This document shows positions 1-7,559 of a DNA stretch of 64,000 bases, piece after piece. The stretch spans positions 4,672,001 through 4,736,000 of the forward strand of contig OZ244207.1 in assembly GCA_965216875.1 (NCBI GenBank), written 5' to 3'. The DNA comes from Rubripirellula sp. (GTDB lineage: Bacteria > Planctomycetota > Planctomycetia > Pirellulales > Pirellulaceae). Position 1 is the first letter of the stretch; each line of letters opens with the position of its first letter. A program made the position numbers and the translations under genes. The notes beneath the pieces are model-generated. The model made no database searches and was not told the origin of the DNA. It saw only the letters and a program-made list of their open reading frames with translations.

Positions 1-415
1 GATCTCGACCCCAACGATGGTCACCTCGTCGGAAAACGTGAGCGACACGATGAATGTCGCTTTGGCGTGTGCAGCGGCCTTTCAAGTCGTTCACATGCAG
101 AATTCAGCGGAACCGGGAAGCATCACTTCGGTCGCGTTGCCCGGCCTCGGCGCCAACACCGGCCAGGTCCCAGTCGAAATCTGTGCTGACTTGATGTGGA
201 GCGGTTATAGCCTCTTTCGACGCCGCGGGTTTGAGAGCTTCCAGGCCATGCGGGAAGCCCTTGAATTCGAACTCGGTGACCTGAGTCCGGGATCTTTGCC
301 GACGCCCGGCCCGATCGAGCTTCCAGAAAATGATGCCTTCCAACCACCCAAACCCGAAGCCGCCGCCCCGCCAAGTGAGAAGGTGGCCGAAGTCGATTTC
401 GACGACTTCGAATAA
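1..415 (+). CDS. Macro-domain (Appr-1''-p processing family) protein, 5' end outside the window
   Basis: Frame is open from position 2: ISTPTM...NVALACAAAF...ITSVALPGLGANTGQVP. This matches the macro-domain 'PTM' and 'SIAxPxLGxGxG' motifs. It ends in a Pro-rich acidic tail. Confidence 0.75.
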   Translation, partial: ISTPTMVTSSENVSDTMNVALACAAAFQVVHMQNSAEPGSITSVALPGLGANTGQVPVEICADLMWSGYSLFRRRGFESFQAMREALEFELGDLSPGSLPTPGPIELPENDAFQPPKPEAAAPPSEKVAEVDFDDFE

Positions 416-467
416 CCCCGTCTCATCCGCAAACGACGCTCTCCCAACCTACTCACGTTGCACTTGA

Positions 468-2957
468 ATGCTGTCACCTGTTCGCCTTTACCGACCCAGC
501 GGCCACGAGCGTGTGGCAATCGTTTCGGTCGAGGCCGCGTATGGTGACGCTGGAAAGTGGCTCGTTCGCATCGCGTTGGGCGTGTCGTCGGATAAGTTGC
601 ACACGGGCACAACCCTTGGACCCTTTGCTGATTCCGAGCTCGAGGCACGTTTTGCCGAAACCGTAAAGGAACTTCGCGATCAGGGCTTTGGCGAAGGGAC
701 ACGTGAAGACTGGTCCGTCCTCCTTGGTGATGCCGATGCACGCGTGCGGGCAAGGACAGCGCAACGCATCGGTTGGCGGCAAGACCGCAAGTATGTCGAC
801 ACCTTGCTCGCACGATTACCTCTCGCTGTCGACGACCTTTGTTCGATCGTTGATGCGTTGGGCGCGATCGGTGATCCGAAAGCGGTCGACGCTGTCAAAG
901 AAATCGCCCAACGGAAACTTCTCTCACGACGACGAAGCGGTGTCGAGGCACTGCGAAACCTCGGCGACGCAGCCGTGCTCGACCAGGTTCTTTTGGGAAC
1001 CTTCCAAGCTTTATCTCCAACCATCCAATCGGCACTTGATCAATCGATCCCAGATGTGGGCACGATCGCAGATGCGATTCGAAGCGTCGAATCGAAACGA
1101 CTCGCCTTCACTCTCGACCAAGTTTACGAACTCAATCGTCCCGTCGCCAACGAAGCGATTCGGTCCATCATCGTCGACATGAACTTTGATCAACCGTTTG
1201 TCTGGCGGTATATCAAAAGCATCTTCAAGCGTTCAATGCTTCGACACGACCCTGTCATGTTTGGCTGGCTCGCCTACAAGATCGAAGCCAAGGGACGGTT
1301 GACCACCGGGCGTTCCGAAGCGGTCAAGTCGGGTTACGACGGCGTCGAGCGGACGACATTGGTTTTTGGTCGACGAACCCAGCGATACGTTCGGCGTTCT
1401 GCTTGGCGGTACCTGCGAAACCTTGCCCGCTACCGTCCGCACCTCTACACCGAAGCCGCAGCCGAAGCGGTTGTTCCGTACGTGGTGCAAGACGGCCGCC
1501 AACCGCGCGGCTTGTACGGTCAATTCTCGGACTGCTACCTGCTACATCGAGTTCTTTTGAACGGGTCGTCACGATTTAGCTACGACGATCGGCGGATGCG
1601 ATTTCGCTTCCGCAATGCGCTCTCGCATCAAACCCCCGATCAGACTCGCGAAGAAGCGTTCCCACATCTATGGGATCGCTACCCCAAGCCCTACTTGCGA
1701 GTCCTCGGCGCAGCCTCGCTCGAACTCGCGCAGACCTTTGCCCGAGATGGTTTCGCTCGTCACGGCGACCTCCTGACGACCGCTTCCAACGATGAATTGA
1801 TTCGGCTGCTCGAGGGCAACAACGAAGAAGTCCTGGGACTGGTCCTAAATGAAATTGAATCGCGATTTGATCCCAATGCACCGAACTGGGCCTTGATGGA
1901 CCGTTGCGTCGGGGATGAGCGGGAAAGCGTGCTTGTCCGTGCACGATCGTGGATTGAACAGTCCCACTCCGCTTGGACCGCCGATCATCATCGTACCCTC
2001 CGTTACCTTGGTTGCCGCGATCGTCAATTGCGCGAGATCGTGATCGCGAGAACGATCGATTGCCTCTCAAGGGATGAAGCGTCGAGACGTGGTTTCGTTG
2101 ATCGAATCCTGCCGTTGATGCGAGAACCCGAAACGCAAGGACTGGAGGCTGTCGGGCGAGTTGCTCGGGAGTGCTTGACCGCGGAACTAAGTCAGCGGCT
2201 GTCGCAAACCGAGCTGCTTGCGATGATCTTCACCGCTTCGCCGTCGATCCAGGCGGTTGCAGCGCATGTCTTTTGCCTGAACGATTCTTCGTCCGTGACC
2301 CTTGAGCAGATCTTCAGCATCGCGTCACACGACGTTGCTGCGGTACGAAAAGCCGCGCACGATCTGATGGCAAGGCAAACCAATCGGCTTAAGAGTGACC
2401 CTGACACACTCTTCATGATGCTTGAAAGTCGCTGGCCCGATTCACGCTTAATCGCTAAACAGTTCTTGGAGAAACACATCGATTGGTCGGAAGCGAGTTT
2501 TGATCGAGTGATGGGGCTGCTCGATTCAAACTTGGTCGATGTACAGGATTTCGGCCAAGAGATAGTTCAGCAGCAGTGGCAGCAGCTTGATCCAGTGCTG
2601 TTGGTCAATCGACTTTGCGAACACCATGACCAAAACATGCGTCGCTTCGCTTTTGGACTCGCCCAGAACCATCTTCCCGAAGGCGCCGATGCTCTTGAAT
2701 CGATCGAGCACTTCGTTCGCGTCGTGATCATGGAGATCCATCCTGACCAAAAGACACGCGACCAATTGATCGCATTTCTCGTCCAGCGCGGCCTGCAGGA
2801 TGCAGAACAGGCCGCCATTGCGAGTCGCTACCTCGAGATGATCTTGCCCACTCAAGGGCAAAGAGTGTTCGAGAGGGTGCTTGCCGGAATGACAAGGCTC
2901 AAGTTGCGTTGGCCCCAACTTGAATTGCCATTCAATTTGCAGGAGTCGGCATCGTGA
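468..2957 (+). CDS. ARM/HEAT-repeat protein with possible degenerate WGR-like N-terminus (retron accessory protein)
   Basis: 829 aa, Leu/Ala-rich helical repeats (DADARVRARTAQRIG, DALGAIGDPKAV, ASHDVAAVRKAA). Stop overlaps the next start (GTGA). Confidence 0.8.
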   Translation: MLSPVRLYRPSGHERVAIVSVEAAYGDAGKWLVRIALGVSSDKLHTGTTLGPFADSELEARFAETVKELRDQGFGEGTREDWSVLLGDADARVRARTAQRIGWRQDRKYVDTLLARLPLAVDDLCSIVDALGAIGDPKAVDAVKEIAQRKLLSRRRSGVEALRNLGDAAVLDQVLLGTFQALSPTIQSALDQSIPDVGTIADAIRSVESKRLAFTLDQVYELNRPVANEAIRSIIVDMNFDQPFVWRYIKSIFKRSMLRHDPVMFGWLAYKIEAKGRLTTGRSEAVKSGYDGVERTTLVFGRRTQRYVRRSAWRYLRNLARYRPHLYTEAAAEAVVPYVVQDGRQPRGLYGQFSDCYLLHRVLLNGSSRFSYDDRRMRFRFRNALSHQTPDQTREEAFPHLWDRYPKPYLRVLGAASLELAQTFARDGFARHGDLLTTASNDELIRLLEGNNEEVLGLVLNEIESRFDPNAPNWALMDRCVGDERESVLVRARSWIEQSHSAWTADHHRTLRYLGCRDRQLREIVIARTIDCLSRDEASRRGFVDRILPLMREPETQGLEAVGRVARECLTAELSQRLSQTELLAMIFTASPSIQAVAAHVFCLNDSSSVTLEQIFSIASHDVAAVRKAAHDLMARQTNRLKSDPDTLFMMLESRWPDSRLIAKQFLEKHIDWSEASFDRVMGLLDSNLVDVQDFGQEIVQQQWQQLDPVLLVNRLCEHHDQNMRRFAFGLAQNHLPEGADALESIEHFVRVVIMEIHPDQKTRDQLIAFLVQRGLQDAEQAAIASRYLEMILPTQGQRVFERVLAGMTRLKLRWPQLELPFNLQESAS

Positions 2958-4627
2958 TTTTTGAGGCGAAGTACGGCGGCCGCAGCGCAATCGTCAACGG
3001 CTTGCAACAAGGCGATGTCCGGTTTGCAACCAACCTACTGCGTGAAACGACGTACTTTGAAGGCAACCTGCTAAAACCACTCGCGTTTCGCGAAGCGCTT
3101 GCCGCACTTTATCAAGTCGTCGTCAGCGACTTTAAGTATCGCCCGAAGGACCGGTTCGAATTCCAAGAATGGCTCAAAAAACAGGATGATCAATTCCTGG
3201 CCGGATTGGCTGGTTCAACCGAAGCCACGCGTGAGAAACTGCAAACACTTGAGTCACGCAAAACGGTTCTTGACGATGCGCGCCGCAATCGACTGCGTCC
3301 CTTCTACCGCGCGCGACGAGAGTTTTTCGAGCACATCTATCACAATGAATATGAGTTGATGATGTTGCTCGATCCGGTGATCACAGTGCACCCGGACGAG
3401 CTTTCGTTTGAAGCCTTTTCGAAAGACGAAAGCACCTACGCGAGGCTTTCGACTGGCTACGATCTGTTTGGCAACGTTGGCGACTTTCAATGCGGAACGA
3501 CCAACATTGACTTCAGCTTGCAGCTGCACAATGAACTCCAACGAATGCGTAGCTACCGTCGCACTCACTTCACCGTCAATCCGAGTGGACTCACGGTACT
3601 CGACCAAGACTCAGGACACATCGTCCAGGAAAAGAAGATCGACCTTCCCGACTCGTGGATGAAGGGTTTTCTTCAGGTCCATGCCGTGATGGCGATGAGT
3701 TTGACACATGTGCGAATGAAACCGGTCGACCTCTACAACCTCTGCCGTTTCCTTCGCCGCCACCGGGCAAAGGAATCGCCGCGATCGATCCGCTATGAAC
3801 TCGAACCTGGACGGCGCGGGCGATTGGTCCTCGAACCGTGGGACCATGAAATCGAATTGTCGACCGTTTACGAGGGGAGCAAACCCGAATCGATTCGCAC
3901 CTGGGGACGGGACCGACTGCGGACGCTGGAAAAACTGATCCCCGTTTGCGACCAAGTCGACGTCTACCTGGCCGGCTATGGGATGCCAAGTTTTTACGTG
4001 CTGCGGATGGGGGCAATCGTTTTCACCCTCGGATTGTCGGGCTGGACGGACAACGACTGGACCGGCGGCACAAGCTTTGAACAGCTCACTCGGCGCGTCG
4101 ATGTTGATGGACCACAGTTATTCCAAATCTACGAATCGCTTCGAGAGAAACGATTCGCAAACGAACAGGACTTGGCGGCGAAGACTTCACTTAGCATCGA
4201 GCAATGTCGATCCGGCGCATCCATGTTGTGCCAAGCGGGACGGGCCATGTTCGATTTGGCATCGAACGTTTTTCGACACCGTGACCTACTCCATTCGCCG
4301 TTCGATCTTCAGGCAGCCAACCGCACCGTTCAACGAGCGGTCGACGAAGCCAATCCAAATGCAAAGGCAGCCCAACAGATTTACGAAGTTGGCAATGCAC
4401 GATTGATCGCACGTCGCCCCGTCCAGACAGGATGGAAACTCTCAGGCAGCGTCAAAGGATCAGACCAACAACGTGTTCGTCCTTTGTTGCACGTTGATCA
4501 CGAAGGCAAAATCATTGAAGCAACGTGCACGTGTCGCAACTTCAAAGAGTCAAAGTTAACCAAAGGCCCCTGTGAACACATGCTCGCGTTAAGATTGGTT
4601 CACATGGCCCGCTTGGAAGCAGAATAA
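2954..4627 (+). CDS. Winged-helix + SWIM zinc-finger protein (retron accessory protein)
   Basis: C-terminal CTC-x12-CEH SWIM motif (ATCTCRNFKESKLTKGPCEHMLAL), preceded by a wHTH-like segment (EQDLAAKTSLSIEQCRSGASMLCQAGRAMFD). GTG start is coupled to the upstream gene. Confidence 0.85.
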   Translation: MIFEAKYGGRSAIVNGLQQGDVRFATNLLRETTYFEGNLLKPLAFREALAALYQVVVSDFKYRPKDRFEFQEWLKKQDDQFLAGLAGSTEATREKLQTLESRKTVLDDARRNRLRPFYRARREFFEHIYHNEYELMMLLDPVITVHPDELSFEAFSKDESTYARLSTGYDLFGNVGDFQCGTTNIDFSLQLHNELQRMRSYRRTHFTVNPSGLTVLDQDSGHIVQEKKIDLPDSWMKGFLQVHAVMAMSLTHVRMKPVDLYNLCRFLRRHRAKESPRSIRYELEPGRRGRLVLEPWDHEIELSTVYEGSKPESIRTWGRDRLRTLEKLIPVCDQVDVYLAGYGMPSFYVLRMGAIVFTLGLSGWTDNDWTGGTSFEQLTRRVDVDGPQLFQIYESLREKRFANEQDLAAKTSLSIEQCRSGASMLCQAGRAMFDLASNVFRHRDLLHSPFDLQAANRTVQRAVDEANPNAKAAQQIYEVGNARLIARRPVQTGWKLSGSVKGSDQQRVRPLLHVDHEGKIIEATCTCRNFKESKLTKGPCEHMLALRLVHMARLEAE

Positions 4628-4636
4628 GAACATGAA

Positions 4637-4897
4637 GATAGAAACGGAAAGGGAAGGGGAGTTTGGTTACGAGGCTTAGCAACCCGTCTGGTGATACGCC
4701 AGACATGGCACCGTGCTCTCCATTGTTCACGTGTCCGGTCGCCACCCACGACAAACGACTGGTCCGGCCGACGCTGGGTAGGAACCACAGGTTCCCGCCG
4801 GCCATCGGACCAGATCGTTTGTCGTTTTAGTTGACCGGCCACGTCCCGAGGCTGTACGTAAACCCGAGCCGACTCCTCTTTCCTTTCCGTTTCTGTC
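4637..4897 (+). ncRNA. Retron msr-msd non-coding RNA
   Basis: 27-nt inverted arms 4637-4663 (GATAGAAACGGAAAGGGAAGGGGAGTT) and 4871-4897 (GACTCCTCTTTCCTTTCCGTTTCTGTC) pair fully, with 4 G-U wobbles. Contains a short hairpin GTCTGGTG-ATA-CGCCAGAC (4686-4704) and a long hairpin 4729-4844. Sits directly upstream of a retron RT. Confidence 0.85.
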
Positions 4898-4925
4898 GAT
4901 CGCTCGACCAATTTTGGATGCAATC

Positions 4926-6308
4926 GTGGCTGACAGCGAAAAGGCCAAACTCTATCAACGTGTCACTCAGGCTCCTGATTGGTGGGTGCTCGAACGGATG
5001 CAACTGCATGGGTACTGGCCTGAACATGAAGGCCTGCCCCCCGATCCGCCGGACGAGCTTGCCGAGCGACAACAGCTCGAAAAGGAGATCGCGCAGCTTC
5101 GCGAACAAGATTCTGTCAACATTGATCCTGACGAAGCGCTCAAACAAGAGCGTGTCCGGAGGTTGAAGGAAAGTCGCGAACGACGCGAGCAGCGCAAAAA
5201 AGAGCGGGCCCAACAAGCGGCTGCGCGGCGTGAACGGTGGCTGACCACGGCAGAGACCACCATCGTTCATGCGGGAGACGGGCACAGCGCCGGCTTGCAA
5301 CAAACGTTGTCAGACACCGCCCGGCTCGAGCGACTCGGGCTCCCAACATTGCATCGCAGCGAAGAACTTGCGGACGCAATGGGAATCGAATTGGCGACAT
5401 TGCGATGGCTAACGTTTCATCGACGCGGCGCAGCTCTGGTTCACTATCGACGCTACGACATCGACAAAAAGACCGGGGGCGTGCGCAACATTTCGGCACC
5501 GCGTCCGGCAATCGCAAGTGCACAACGCTGGGTTCTTGAAAACGTCTTGAGCCCACTCGATACATCCGACGCTGCTCACGGTTTTGTCAAGCAACGAAAC
5601 ATCGTTTCCAATGCCGCGCCCCATACCGGCCAGAAGATCGTGATCAACATGGATATGGAAAACTTCTTTCCATCAATCACGTTTCGTCGGGTGAAGGGAC
5701 TTTTTTGCCAGCTTGGTTACAGCGAACATCTCGCCGTCGTAATGGCGCTCCTTTGCACCGAGCCACCAAGAGTCGCGGTGGAACACGCCGGAAAAGTCAT
5801 GCACGTTGCAATTGGCGATCGCGTGCTGCCGCAAGGCGCCTGTACGAGCCCCGCGATCACGAACTTGATTTGCCGAAAACTTGACGCTCGTTTGCAGGGA
5901 TTCAGCGAGAAAGTCGGATTCGCCTACACGAGGTATGCCGACGATCTGACATTCTCCGGTAACGACTCGTCCAAAGTGGGCAAAGTCTTGCGGATGTCGC
6001 GACAGGTCCTGAGCGATGAGGGCTTTAAGGAACACCCAACCAAAACGCGCATCATGCGCCGCGGTCGCCGGCAAGAAGTGACGGGGGTCGTCGTCAACGA
6101 AAAGCCTGCAGTAGGACGTCGCGAGTATCGGCGATTGCGAGCGATCTTGCACAACGCCGCCAAACACGGGTTGGAAAGTCAGAACCGATCGAATCATCCC
6201 GCCTTTGCCGAACACCTTCGCGGCCAAGTCGCTTTCGTGCAAATGATTGACCCGGCAAAGGGGGACAAGTTGAAAGCGGACTTGGACAAAGTTCTCGGCG
6301 CACGTTAG
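4926..6308 (+). CDS. Retron-type reverse transcriptase (Mx162/Sa163-like)
   Basis: Motifs: YADD (TRYADDLTFS), LPQGACTSP, DMENFFPSI, retron region X NAAPH and region Y QEVTGVVVN, plus a charged N-terminal extension. Start is either GTG 4926 (GGA upstream) or TTG 4914. Confidence 0.95.
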   Translation: MADSEKAKLYQRVTQAPDWWVLERMQLHGYWPEHEGLPPDPPDELAERQQLEKEIAQLREQDSVNIDPDEALKQERVRRLKESRERREQRKKERAQQAAARRERWLTTAETTIVHAGDGHSAGLQQTLSDTARLERLGLPTLHRSEELADAMGIELATLRWLTFHRRGAALVHYRRYDIDKKTGGVRNISAPRPAIASAQRWVLENVLSPLDTSDAAHGFVKQRNIVSNAAPHTGQKIVINMDMENFFPSITFRRVKGLFCQLGYSEHLAVVMALLCTEPPRVAVEHAGKVMHVAIGDRVLPQGACTSPAITNLICRKLDARLQGFSEKVGFAYTRYADDLTFSGNDSSKVGKVLRMSRQVLSDEGFKEHPTKTRIMRRGRRQEVTGVVVNEKPAVGRREYRRLRAILHNAAKHGLESQNRSNHPAFAEHLRGQVAFVQMIDPAKGDKLKADLDKVLGAR

Positions 6309-6333
6309 CCAGCCACCACAGTCGAGGTGGTGT

Positions 6334-7428
6334 CTAGTCGAACAGCCCAGGTTGATTTTGAGGCTTTGCACCGTCGCCTTGCTCGTCCTGCGCTGTCGTT
6401 TCGGGCGTCGCCGATTGACCGGTTGGTTCAGTTGGATTGACCGGTAGGCGAGTCTTTGTGGGACGCGACGGCGGCGCTGCCGGCGTCGGCTCGGATGCCC
6501 TCACATCAAGCAAGGCGTCGATGGCGGGATCCAAAAGATCGCGACGGGCAATGCCTTGTAGCCATTGTTCAGGCATTCCGCGCGTTCCCCAATATGCCCC
6601 AGCGATCTGTCCGCAAACGGCGCCGGTCGTGTCAGCATCATCACCGAGATTCACCGCATCCAGCACCGCTTCGCGAAACGTGTCTGCTTTGTGAAACGCC
6701 CACAACGAGGCTTCCAAGCTATGAACGACGTAACCTGACCCTCGAATCTCAGGGGGCTGTCGGACACGAAAACTCCCCTCAGCAATCTCATCAATCGCTG
6801 GATGCAGCGGCTCAAGATCGCGAATCGCTTGCAGCGGTCCCCACGTCGGCGACAGCACTTCATCGCGCGGAACTCCCTTGATCAACCCGCACACGATCAA
6901 TGTCATGTAGCGACAGGCCGATCGGCACTGGTCACTCGCATGCGTGGGAACGCTCGATTGATCCGCATACTGCATCAACACATCAAGATGATCCGGATAG
7001 AGATCAAGAAACCTCATCGGAATTGGCGCCAGCCGCATGATCGAGCCATTACCGCTTGAATAGTCATCGCGACTCGCACAGGACCAAGGGTCGCCTTCGC
7101 GATCGAACCTCGACAACGCGCTGCTGACGGTCATCCCAATGTCGAAACAACGACCGATGACACTGTATTGGCCCTCGCGGCGCCAGGCGATGTAGCGTTT
7201 CAATTGGTCGGACAAGTCCCAACCACACTTGACGATACTGTCGGCAAGGGCGAGCGCCATGCTGGTATCGTCGGTCCACTCGCCTGGATCGAGTCCGTGT
7301 GGACCTCCGGCGCGAAACCCCGTCACAGGTGGAAAAGTTCCGGGCGCTTTGAACTCGACCGCTGCACCGAGCGCATCACCAATCGCCATGCCCAGGAATG
7401 TTCCACGTAACCGACTTTCTATGTACAT
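6334..7428 (-). CDS. ADP-ribosylglycohydrolase (DraG/ARH family)
   Basis: GMAIGDALGAAVEF, WTDDTSMA, GNGSIMRLAP and NLGDDADTTGAVCGQIAGA motifs, then a disordered C-terminal tail. Confidence 0.95.
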   Translation of the reverse strand: MYIESRLRGTFLGMAIGDALGAAVEFKAPGTFPPVTGFRAGGPHGLDPGEWTDDTSMALALADSIVKCGWDLSDQLKRYIAWRREGQYSVIGRCFDIGMTVSSALSRFDREGDPWSCASRDDYSSGNGSIMRLAPIPMRFLDLYPDHLDVLMQYADQSSVPTHASDQCRSACRYMTLIVCGLIKGVPRDEVLSPTWGPLQAIRDLEPLHPAIDEIAEGSFRVRQPPEIRGSGYVVHSLEASLWAFHKADTFREAVLDAVNLGDDADTTGAVCGQIAGAYWGTRGMPEQWLQGIARRDLLDPAIDALLDVRASEPTPAAPPSRPTKTRLPVNPTEPTGQSATPETTAQDEQGDGAKPQNQPGLFD

Positions 7429-7559
7429 GTGCCACCTTTCACCAGCGAATCGACGATCCTGGCCCGCATTCTACACTCCACTTGTCTGGCACATGACCCG
7501 TTCCAATCCAAGATGGGCTAGGATCTTGACCTGAAAGCTTTGGGAATTCATCAGGTTCA

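Noticed and set aside
4542..4948. Short ORFs over the SWIM-RT gap
   Set aside because: No recognisable protein features; the region is explained by RNA structure.
4926..6308. Group II intron, DGR or CRISPR-associated RT
   Set aside because: Has retron NAxxH and VTG motifs and an upstream msr-msd structure. No maturase/endonuclease domain, TR/VR pair or Cas1 fusion was seen.
6312..6331. Terminator between RT and ARH
   Set aside because: Only a 6-bp stem with no U-tract on either strand.
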